Of a stretch of DNA of 64,000 bases, positions 55,948 through 63,508 are shown piece after piece. Within the stretch, counting starts at the first letter, position 1, and each line of letters opens with the position of its first letter. The DNA comes from an uncultured Clostridia bacterium (GTDB lineage: Bacteria; Bacillota; Clostridia; Christensenellales; UBA1242), in contig CAKVLQ010000001.1 in the NCBI GenBank assembly GCA_934757845.1, positions 164,671-228,670 of the forward strand, read 5' to 3'. The notes under the pieces are model-generated. The model ran no database searches, was not told the DNA's origin, and worked only from the letters and a program-made list of their open reading frames with translations. A program made the position numbers and the translations under genes.

Positions 55948-56019
55948 AATTTTAAGCAAGTTAAAATTTTGATTTGCTTACGCAACTCCTTGATAAATCA
56001 AGGCATCACAGTTTGAATA
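55939..56019 (+). repeat. Copy B of the conserved ~80-nt element; its 5' strand overlaps the last two codons and the stop of fic
   Basis: See copy A (36514-36595). The GTGATG/CATCAC closing stem is retained. The hairpin CCTTGA-TAAA-TCAAGG replaces CACGA-TAAA-TCGTG. Confidence 0.7.
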
Positions 56020-56112
56020 AACATCGGTTGCTGGCAAATATCCCTGCGGGCTGCTTGCCGACAACTTCCGATAATATAAAATATTAGTTTGCAAAATAAG
56101 GGGAAAAAGCAA

Positions 56113-56967
56113 ATGTCGAATATAAAGATTTTTGAAGATAAAAAAATAAGAACAAAATGGGACGCCGAAAAAGAAGATTGGTGGTTTTCGGTTGTTGATG
56201 TTGTTTGGGCTTTAACAGATAGCATAAACTATCAAACGGCAAGAAAATATTGGAATAAATTAAAACAACGATTGAATGACGAAGGAAGTGAACTGGTGAC
56301 AATTTGTCACCAATTGAAATTGCCCGCTCAAGATGGAAAATTAAGGGACACCGATGTTGTAAACACAAAAGACCTTCTTCGTCTAATCCAATCCATTCCA
56401 AGCAAAAAGGCAGAGCCGTTCAAAATGTGGCTTGCCAAGGTTGGTAGTGAAAGGCTTGATGAAATTGCCGACCCAGAAAAAGCAATTATTCGTGGTGCAG
56501 ATTTTTATCGTGCAAAAGGCTACACTGAAGGGTGGATAAATCAAAGACTACAAACCATAGAAATGCGGAAAGAACTAACTGACGAATGGAAAAATCGTGG
56601 GATAGAAAATGAAAAAGATTATGCGATATTAACCAACGAAATGACAAAGGCATGGAGTGGAATGAGCGTGCAAGAATACAAAGAGCACAAAGGGTTGAAA
56701 AAAGAGAATTTGCGAGATAACATGACAAACATAGAATTGGTTTTAAATATGCTTGCCGAAGTTACTACAACGGACATTTCTAAAAATGAAAAACCACAAA
56801 CTTTTTATCAAAGCAAACAAATCGCAAAGCGGGGCGGAAAAATCGCAAAAAATGCACGGCTTAATTATGAAAAAGAAATAGGAAAAAGTGTTATATCGTC
56901 TGCAAATGCAAGCAATAAACAACTTTTGGAAACACCACCAGTTGAAAACAAAAAACATAAAAAATAA
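56113..56967 (+). CDS. BRO-N domain protein (DinD / phage antirepressor-like)
   Basis: MSNIKIFEDKKIRTKWDAEKEDWWFSVVDVVWALTDS.NYQTARKYWNKLKQRL is a typical BRO-N domain. AAGGGGA RBS before the ATG at 56113. Confidence 0.8.
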   Translation: MSNIKIFEDKKIRTKWDAEKEDWWFSVVDVVWALTDSINYQTARKYWNKLKQRLNDEGSELVTICHQLKLPAQDGKLRDTDVVNTKDLLRLIQSIPSKKAEPFKMWLAKVGSERLDEIADPEKAIIRGADFYRAKGYTEGWINQRLQTIEMRKELTDEWKNRGIENEKDYAILTNEMTKAWSGMSVQEYKEHKGLKKENLRDNMTNIELVLNMLAEVTTTDISKNEKPQTFYQSKQIAKRGGKIAKNARLNYEKEIGKSVISSANASNKQLLETPPVENKKHKK

Positions 56968-57316
56968 AAAAAGTTGCTCAAAAAAAGGGCAAACTTTTTT
57001 TATTTGCTTTTCCAAAAATTTGCATTGAATAAATATGCACAAAAATGAATAAAAAATTATTTTAAAAATCTTTGAAAATTGTTTGCCATAAGGTCGAAAA
57101 TTGTTGTATCATAAAAGTGTTGATGAAAATAAGTTTGGAAAGCTTAATTCAACACCGAAATTTATAAAACAGGCTAATGCCGGGTTGAAAAAATTTTAAA
57201 AACATAAAAAAATTAATTGACAGTTTGTCGAATTTTGTTGTAACATTAAGTTGTTAGCAAAATTCACAAAACGGTCAAGCAAAAACAAAAAAATTAAAAA
57301 ATTTGTTGAAATTTGT

Positions 57317-57346
57317 TTGACAAGTTCCAAACAAAAGAGTTATGCT
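57317..57346 (+). promoter_or_regulatory. Candidate promoter of the third TasA-like gene
   Basis: TTGACA (57317-57322), 18-nt spacer, TATGCT (57341-57346). This implies a ~150-nt leader. Confidence 0.5.
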
Positions 57347-57387
57347 TAAAAAGGATAGAACAAATCTATCAAATCAAAAAAAATTGT

Positions 57388-57454
57388 TGTGCAATAGGCA
57401 CGCAATCGGGGACGGGTGTCCCACTACATAATGGTATTCTCTTGCTACGGCAAG
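57388..57454 (+). promoter_or_regulatory. Three consecutive GC-rich hairpins in the leader of the third TasA-like gene
   Basis: TGTGC-AATAG-GCACG (57388-57402), GGGAC-GGGT-GTCCC (57409-57422) and CTTGC-TACG-GCAAG (57441-57454, UNCG-type loop), set in AT-rich surroundings. Confidence 0.55.
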
Positions 57455-57504
57455 TTGAAATACAAATTAAAAAATTATTAAATTTAAAAAGGAGAAAAAA
57501 CAAA

Positions 57505-58068
57505 ATGACAAACGCAAAAAACAAAAAAAGCGTAATTGCTATTATCGCTATGGCATTCTTGCTAGTTGCTTCAATCGTTTTGGCTGCTACTGGTGCATGG
57601 TTCACAAGCACTGCTACTGACAGAACTGGCAACGCAGATGTTAAATTCGGTAAAGTTGCTATTAGCATTGGTGAAGGTGATGTTACTCTAACAAAATCTC
57701 ACGTTGCTGAACTTACAGTTGATAACTGTTCTTGGGCTGTAACAGGTCTAGAATTAACAACTACTTCTAGTGTTGATATGTATTATCAATATGAAGTTAA
57801 AGTTGAAATCACAGGAGCTGATACATCTTATTTCACAGTTACAGGAGATAAAGCTGCAACTATCAAAAAATGGACTGTTGGTGGAGAACTTGACAAATTA
57901 GATAACATCAGTATTAAATTTGATTCAAACAATGCTATGAATGGTAGTACTACAACTGCTACTATTAAAGTTACAGTATCTGCAAAAGCTATCCAAGCAG
58001 ACCACTTAACTGCTGCTCAATACAAAACATTCTTTGATGTTGAAGAAGCTCCTGCTGATCTTGCTTAA
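57505..58068 (+). CDS. Divergent TasA/camelysin-family protein with SipW-type signal peptide (187 aa), probably highly expressed
   Basis: AAAGGAG RBS. MTNAKNKKSVIAIIAMAFLLVASIVLAATGAWFTSTATD..VKFGKVAISIG. Codon choice (GCT/ACT/GGT-rich) is distinct from neighbours. Strong terminator. Confidence 0.78.
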   Translation: MTNAKNKKSVIAIIAMAFLLVASIVLAATGAWFTSTATDRTGNADVKFGKVAISIGEGDVTLTKSHVAELTVDNCSWAVTGLELTTTSSVDMYYQYEVKVEITGADTSYFTVTGDKAATIKKWTVGGELDKLDNISIKFDSNNAMNGSTTTATIKVTVSAKAIQADHLTAAQYKTFFDVEEAPADLA

Positions 58069-58087
58069 TTAGTTTGATTTAGTAGAT

Positions 58088-58118
58088 AAAAAAGAGAGTT
58101 TTAAAACTCTCTTTTTTT
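58088..58118 (+). terminator. Strong rho-independent terminator
   Basis: AAAAAGAGAGTT-TTAA-AACTCTCTTTTT. Confidence 0.9.
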
Positions 58119-58195
58119 AAAACTTTTTTTATAATAACTATTTATTTGACAAAAATATTTATTTATGTTATTTATATAAAACAGGAGGGTATTAT

Positions 58196-58426
58196 ATGAG
58201 TTTAGCTAAAGAATTATTTTCTGATAAAAACTTTTTTGAAGAGATTATTCCAGAGATTTTGAGTGAAGTGGGTATTGATGCTGGTTGCCAATACGATTTA
58301 AAAGATGAAGAAAGAAAAGAAATTCATTCAAATGCTGAAAATGTGTTAAAAGAAAAATATGGAGAGAACCAAAACTTCATAATGTTTCACGAAATGATAA
58401 ATAAAATACTGGACACAAAAATATAA
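58196..58426 (+). CDS. Hypothetical 76-aa acidic protein
   Basis: AGGAGG RBS 7 nt upstream of the ATG, with a terminator downstream. No motif recognised. Confidence 0.6.
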   Translation: MSLAKELFSDKNFFEEIIPEILSEVGIDAGCQYDLKDEERKEIHSNAENVLKEKYGENQNFIMFHEMINKILDTKI

Positions 58427-58434
58427 ATAACAAT

Positions 58435-58464
58435 TAAAAAAGGCTAAAATTTAGCCTTTTTTTG
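58435..58464. terminator. Bidirectional terminator (76-aa gene / convergent 646-aa gene)
   Basis: A-run, AGGCTAA-AAT-TTAGCCT, T-run. Confidence 0.85.
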
Positions 58465-58465
58465 T

Positions 58466-60406
58466 TTAGTCTTCAATTTGCTTATAATATTTTAATTCAT
58501 TGTTTTTAATAACAAAATAGTCATTGTTGGGCATTTCAAAAAACTTTTCATACGCACCAATTTCAATGGTTGATGTAAGTTGTGGGCTATAATTTATATA
58601 ACTTATTGTTTTTTTAATAATTTTGTCAAAATGCTTTATATAAATGTCATACTTATAATCAGCAAAAGAATTAAATTCGCTTAAACAAATTGTAGCATCA
58701 GAACCATATCCTAAATCAATGCTGTCGACAACTTCATGTATAGACTTGAAAAAGTTTACTTTGCCATTTTTGTCAATCGTAACAAACGATTTTGCTATGC
58801 CAGTTTGTGTGGTATATTTTCCATGCAAAAATCTTACTCCACTGCATTTAATAAAATTTCTGTTTTTAATATTACTTGTTGTTGCGCTATCATTTGACGC
58901 ACCATTATAATATAAATATTTAATGCAATTATTAGTTATATCACAAACTATAAAATTATTTCTTTCATCAATTCCATCTAACCAATCCATATAAAAATTG
59001 TTAGCGTCCATATTTTTTAAATTTGTGTTGCCAATATCATAATAAACTTTATTTACTTTTGAAATATATCTAAACCCAAGTTTATCATACAAATAAGTGC
59101 CTGAATATTCTTTATAATTGCTTGCAAACCTATAATCATAAGTTTCAATGTTGGTGCTTTCAAAGTCAAGAACTGTTGCATTGTTCATGTTTTGTGGCTC
59201 AATTTCAGCAATTTTTGCAATTCCGCTTGTGCAATCAGCAATGTGATATTTTCCGTCAGCCAAACAAACAACGTCAAAATTGCAAAGTTTGTTGATTATA
59301 TCGGCATTAGGTGATAGAATTTCAATTTTTTGTTTTGTAACAACAATGCTTTTTCCACTAACGCTACTTTCAAGTGCAAATTTAACATAAATATTGTTGC
59401 CTTTTTCAGTTTCGTTAAAGTTTTGTGAAAAGGTTTTTTCATAAATATAAGTTGTGTCAGTATTTTCAACTTCAAATGTTTCTTGGCAAATTTGCGAGCC
59501 ATTAAGATATGTTGAAATAAGGGCATCACAAGCATTGTTTAAAATTTTAAATTCAATATGAACTTTAATTTGTCCCGCACTGCCTGCTTCACTGCAAAAA
59601 TAAATTTTTGGAAGTGTAAGCCCACTTGTATGTGTCATGTTCAAAATTCTTTCGTCAACATCATAGGTTTTAATGATTGTTCCAGCAGGATAGTCAGAAA
59701 ATGATTTTCCAGAATAGTTTGTATCTTCATTCACCAAAGTGCTCATCTTTTTTTTCAAAACTTCAATGTCTTGTTTAATGGTTTCAATGCTAGTGGATGT
59801 GGTTGCTGTGTTGCTGTTGATTGTAACAACATTGCTATTAATAGTTTGCACACTGCTTGCCAAATTGTCCAGTTTTGCGCTATCAGCATCAATATCGTTT
59901 TGCATAACCGTTTGCCCAAGTTGCAAACCAATAAGTTTTTCATTAAGGTTTGGCAAACTCACGCTTCCATCGCCAGCAACAACTGTGTGGCAAGTTGAAA
60001 TTTTGTTATAAATTCCCGTAAGGTTCATGTTGTCAGAGCCCACAATGTCGCTTTTAACACTATCAATTTTTGTGTTAACTGTGCTTAAATCAATGTTTTC
60101 AATAGCCTGTGAAATTTCACTTTTTGCACTATCAATTTTGGTGTCAACCGCACTCAAATCAATATCATTCACGGCATTAACAATTTCAGTTTTAACCGTG
60201 TCAATTTGGTCCTTAACACTTGTCAAATCAATATCGTCCGTGCCTTTAATGCTTGATTTTGAACTTTCAATTTTGCTGTTAATGCTTGTTTTAAGCCCGC
60301 TCACATCAACTCCGCCCGCATTTGAATTTTCGAGCGCTTCTCTAACATCGTGGTCTAATCTTTCAACCTTGTTATAGGTTTCATGTGTAATTTGTTCTAT
60401 GTCCAT
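58466..60406 (-). CDS. 646-aa protein: N-terminal ~20-aa tandem repeats (tail-fibre-like) plus a large Tyr/Asn-rich beta-type C-terminal region; no signal peptide
   Basis: Repeats DIDLTSVKDQIDTVKTEIVNAVN / DIDLSAVDTKIDSAKSEISQAIE / NIDLSTVNTKIDSVKSDIVGSD. AGGAGA RBS. Confidence 0.75.
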   Translation of the reverse strand: MDIEQITHETYNKVERLDHDVREALENSNAGGVDVSGLKTSINSKIESSKSSIKGTDDIDLTSVKDQIDTVKTEIVNAVNDIDLSAVDTKIDSAKSEISQAIENIDLSTVNTKIDSVKSDIVGSDNMNLTGIYNKISTCHTVVAGDGSVSLPNLNEKLIGLQLGQTVMQNDIDADSAKLDNLASSVQTINSNVVTINSNTATTSTSIETIKQDIEVLKKKMSTLVNEDTNYSGKSFSDYPAGTIIKTYDVDERILNMTHTSGLTLPKIYFCSEAGSAGQIKVHIEFKILNNACDALISTYLNGSQICQETFEVENTDTTYIYEKTFSQNFNETEKGNNIYVKFALESSVSGKSIVVTKQKIEILSPNADIINKLCNFDVVCLADGKYHIADCTSGIAKIAEIEPQNMNNATVLDFESTNIETYDYRFASNYKEYSGTYLYDKLGFRYISKVNKVYYDIGNTNLKNMDANNFYMDWLDGIDERNNFIVCDITNNCIKYLYYNGASNDSATTSNIKNRNFIKCSGVRFLHGKYTTQTGIAKSFVTIDKNGKVNFFKSIHEVVDSIDLGYGSDATICLSEFNSFADYKYDIYIKHFDKIIKKTISYINYSPQLTSTIEIGAYEKFFEMPNNDYFVIKNNELKYYKQIED

Positions 60407-60682
60407 ATTTTCTCCTATTTTTTCAATTTTTTGGCATTATATCACCACTTTTTTCAAAAGGGAATATTTTAGTGCCAAATATTTTTGCAAAAATCAAAAT
60501 TTATTTACTAAATAATTTCAAAACTGGTATAATATTTAAGTAATATGTGTTCAAATAATTAGACTTAAATCAGTTCAAAACTTACAATCACAAACATTCA
60601 AAAAAAGCCCAAACAGTGGCAATCAAAAAGCACAAAAAGGGCAATTAAAAAACAAATTTTATTTGAAAAAGGGGAACAATTT

Positions 60683-61753
60683 ATGCATGATGTTATAATT
60701 ATTGGTGGTGGACCAAGTGGAATAATGGCGGGTATATACGCAAAACGGAGCGGGCTTAATCCGCTTATAATTGAAAAAGGCAACATCGGTGGGCAGGTTA
60801 TCAACACCTATGAAATAAAAAATTTTCCAACCTACACTAACATTTCAGGTGCAGATTTTTGTGCCAAACTTTACGAGCAAGCAGATTTTAATGGTATAGA
60901 AATTGAATATACCGATGTCGTTTCAGTTGATTTTTCACAAAAAACAAAAGTGATAAAAACATCTTCTCAAACCTACTTTGCAAATGCGGTTATAATTTGC
61001 AGTGGAACAAAACCACGGTCTTTGGGGCTTTCGGGCGAGCAAGAGTTGATTGGTCGTGGCATAAGTTATTGCGCTCTTTGTGATGGAAATTTTTTCAAAA
61101 ACAAAACCGTTGCCGTAATTGGCGGGGGAGATAGCGCTATGGAAGATGCTATTTATCTTGGCGGAATTTGTAAAAAAGTGTATGTGATAAATCGTTCAAA
61201 CAATTTTAGGGCTCAACCAATTTTAACGCAAAGTTTAAACGATTTTGCACAAAAAAATGGCAATATTCAAATTATAAAAAACAGCACCGTTTCAAAACTT
61301 TATTCTTCAAACAATCTTTTAAGCGGAATTGATATTTTGGTTCAATCAAATGCGTGTGAAAATAAAATTGAAAACCAAAATTCTGTCGCACAAAATAACA
61401 TTCAATCCGCTCATCTTGCACAAAATGTTCAACAAAAAAATTCAAATCTTGAAACTTCAATAGCCGCACAAACCACAGCACAAAATTGCCAAAGTCTTGC
61501 CACACAGCACATTGAACTTGACGGGTTATTTTTGGCTATTGGTTCAAACCCCGACACAAAAATTTTTGAAAATCAAATTAAACTTGACAGCCATGGATAT
61601 ATTGTTGTTGATAAAAATCAGCAAACAAGTGTTCAAGGAGTTTTTGCGGGTGGAGATTGCACACAAAAATTAATAAGACAAATTATAACGGCTTGTGCAG
61701 ACGGGGCTGTTTGTGCCACAAACGCCAACACTTATCTTAAAAATTTAATATAA
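60683..61753 (+). CDS. trxB: Thioredoxin-disulfide reductase with a ~55-aa Q/N-rich insertion
   Basis: GGGPSG FAD motif, CALC redox pair, GGGDSAMEDA NADPH motif and C-terminal GVFAGGDC. The extra segment spans aa 221-276. Confidence 0.9.
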   Translation: MHDVIIIGGGPSGIMAGIYAKRSGLNPLIIEKGNIGGQVINTYEIKNFPTYTNISGADFCAKLYEQADFNGIEIEYTDVVSVDFSQKTKVIKTSSQTYFANAVIICSGTKPRSLGLSGEQELIGRGISYCALCDGNFFKNKTVAVIGGGDSAMEDAIYLGGICKKVYVINRSNNFRAQPILTQSLNDFAQKNGNIQIIKNSTVSKLYSSNNLLSGIDILVQSNACENKIENQNSVAQNNIQSAHLAQNVQQKNSNLETSIAAQTTAQNCQSLATQHIELDGLFLAIGSNPDTKIFENQIKLDSHGYIVVDKNQQTSVQGVFAGGDCTQKLIRQIITACADGAVCATNANTYLKNLI

Positions 61754-61961
61754 AAATTTAAAATAAAATTTAATATAAAATTTAAATAAAAATTAAAAAC
61801 AGACAAATTTAAAATTTTTTAATCGTGCATAAAAATTAACAATAACAGCATTTACTAAAATATTTTAAAAATAATTAAGCACTAATTTTTAAACAAATTA
61901 AACATATTTTTGTTTTTTTAATAACATAATTCAAACTTAAAATAATTAAATGTTTTAGGTT

Positions 61962-62459
61962 TTAACATTTTTCTTTTTTCAAAAATTCGGTAATTTTTTT
62001 GTTTACAAAATTTTGTTGGGTTTGCTCTAATAGATGCCCATTTCCACAAAAAATTTTAACAAAGAAGTTGCCTTTTTTTTCAAAAAACCAAATGCCATAG
62101 TTGCACAAATGTTGTTTAATAAATTTGCCAAAATCACAGAGTTTCACATTTTTTTCAAAAAAAACCGTGCTTTTTGGCTCAAAAATGCCTTTTTTAAGGC
62201 TATTGTAGTAATTTTTATGGTATATTCCGCCAACACACAAACGGGCATTCCACACGGGCGAATAGCATAGCGTTTTTAAAGCATAGCCTAATGCTTCTAA
62301 TTGTTTTTGCCCACCTAATTTTTTTGTGTTTATAACAGCACCTTTATCAAAATAGTTAAAAAAACCGCTTATTTTTTTTGTTTTATTGTTGTTTTTATAG
62401 CCATTTTTTGTTATAATATTTTTGCTATTTATATTGCAATTTTCACACAACTTTTTCAT
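61962..62459 (-). CDS. Hypothetical 165-aa Lys/Asn/Cys-rich protein
   Basis: ORF only. N-terminal CENC, and nothing else recognised. Confidence 0.45.
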   Translation of the reverse strand: MKKLCENCNINSKNIITKNGYKNNNKTKKISGFFNYFDKGAVINTKKLGGQKQLEALGYALKTLCYSPVWNARLCVGGIYHKNYYNSLKKGIFEPKSTVFFEKNVKLCDFGKFIKQHLCNYGIWFFEKKGNFFVKIFCGNGHLLEQTQQNFVNKKITEFLKKEKC

Positions 62460-62630
62460 AAAAAAATATATGCAAAAATTTTAAAAATACGCCACAAAAC
62501 AAAAAATAAAAAAACAAAAAAATTTAATTATTATCAAAAAGAATATAAACAATATAACAATAAACAATTTAAAATAGATATAAAAAACAATTTAAAAAGA
62601 TAAAAAATTTTAACAAAAGAGAGAAATTTT

Positions 62631-63296
62631 ATGCTAAAACTAACGCAAAACTGGTTTGAACTTTTAAAGCCTGAATTTGAAAAAGATTATTTCAAAAATC
62701 TTCAAAAATTTTTGGATAAAGAATATTCAAGTTACACGATTTATCCAAAAATCGAAAATGTTTTTAATGCCCTTAATCTTACAAAATTTTGCGATGTTAA
62801 AGTTGTAATTTTGGGTCAAGACCCTTATCACGAACCAGGGCAGGCACATGGGCTTGCGTTTTCGGTTGAAAGCGGAGCGTTGCCACCATCGCTTCAAAAT
62901 ATCTTTAAAGAAATTAAAGACGATTTGAATATAACGATGACGCCAAACAACGGCAATCTTACGCCTTGGGCAAAGCAAGGGGTTTTGCTTTTAAACACGG
63001 TTTTAACTGTTCGCCGTGGGCAAGCAAACTCGCACAAAAACATGGGCTGGGAAATTTTCACTTCAAAGATTATTGAACTTCTTAACGCTCGTGAAACTCC
63101 AATAGTATTTTTGCTTTGGGGTGGGCAAGCCAAAAAAATTGGTGAAAAAATAACAAACAAAAACCACTTGGTTTTGTCATGTGCACATCCAAGTCCATTA
63201 AGTGCTTATAACGGCTTTTTTGGTTGCAAACATTTTTCAAAAACAAATCAGTTTTTGGCCAATCATAATGTTACGCCAATCAATTTTCAAATTTAA
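62631..63296 (+). CDS. ung: Uracil-DNA glycosylase (family 1)
   Basis: GQDPYH water-activating loop, GVLLLN and the HPSPLS motif. Confidence 0.95.
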   Translation: MLKLTQNWFELLKPEFEKDYFKNLQKFLDKEYSSYTIYPKIENVFNALNLTKFCDVKVVILGQDPYHEPGQAHGLAFSVESGALPPSLQNIFKEIKDDLNITMTPNNGNLTPWAKQGVLLLNTVLTVRRGQANSHKNMGWEIFTSKIIELLNARETPIVFLLWGGQAKKIGEKITNKNHLVLSCAHPSPLSAYNGFFGCKHFSKTNQFLANHNVTPINFQI

Positions 63297-63508
63297 CAGT
63301 TGTTTATTATTAAATTTTAAACTAATTTTTATAATAAATTAAGAAGATTAATAACTTATTTTCTACTCGCAAATTTTTGTGTTTATCATTAAAATTTATT
63401 ATTTTTTTAATCTAAATTTATCTTTTTCACAAACTTTCAGTCAAAGGCTGGAAATCAATTTTGAATAATTTTTTTGCAATAAAAAAGGTGCTTTTATAGC
63501 ACCTTTTA

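Noticed and set aside
55939-56019. Possible hammerhead ribozyme or tRNA-like nature of the ~80-nt element (UGAUG word, cloverleaf-like outline)
   Set aside because: The CUGANGA/GAAA hammerhead core is not present. The loops are 3-5 nt, too small for D, anticodon or T loops, and there are no conserved tRNA bases.
56064-56091. Motif ACTTCCGATAATATAAAATATTAGTTTG (and ACTTCGAATAATATAAACTAATGGAAGT at 36436-36463) resembles the XerC arm plus spacer of the B. subtilis dif site (ACTTCCTAGAATATATA.., quoted from memory)
   Set aside because: The highly conserved XerD arm (TTATGTAAACT) is absent from both copies. The right-hand GGAAGT of the 36436 copy is homologous to the RBS region of the BRO gene, so the palindrome may be incidental. 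I keep it only as a remote possibility of a tyrosine-recombinase site.
7820-57233. Spo0A-box-like heptamers TGTCGAA/TTCGACA (e.g. 7820, 46118, 56114, 57227, 23558, 16664)
   Set aside because: About 8 occurrences are expected by chance in 2 x 64 kb. Most lie inside coding sequence, and only the one at ~57227 is upstream of a plausible target, so there is no statistical support.
57409-57454. Guanidine-II (mini-ykkC)-like pair of short GC hairpins in the TasA-like leader
   Set aside because: The loops are GGGU and UACG, not the conserved ACGR, and the downstream gene is not a guanidine transporter or carboxylase.
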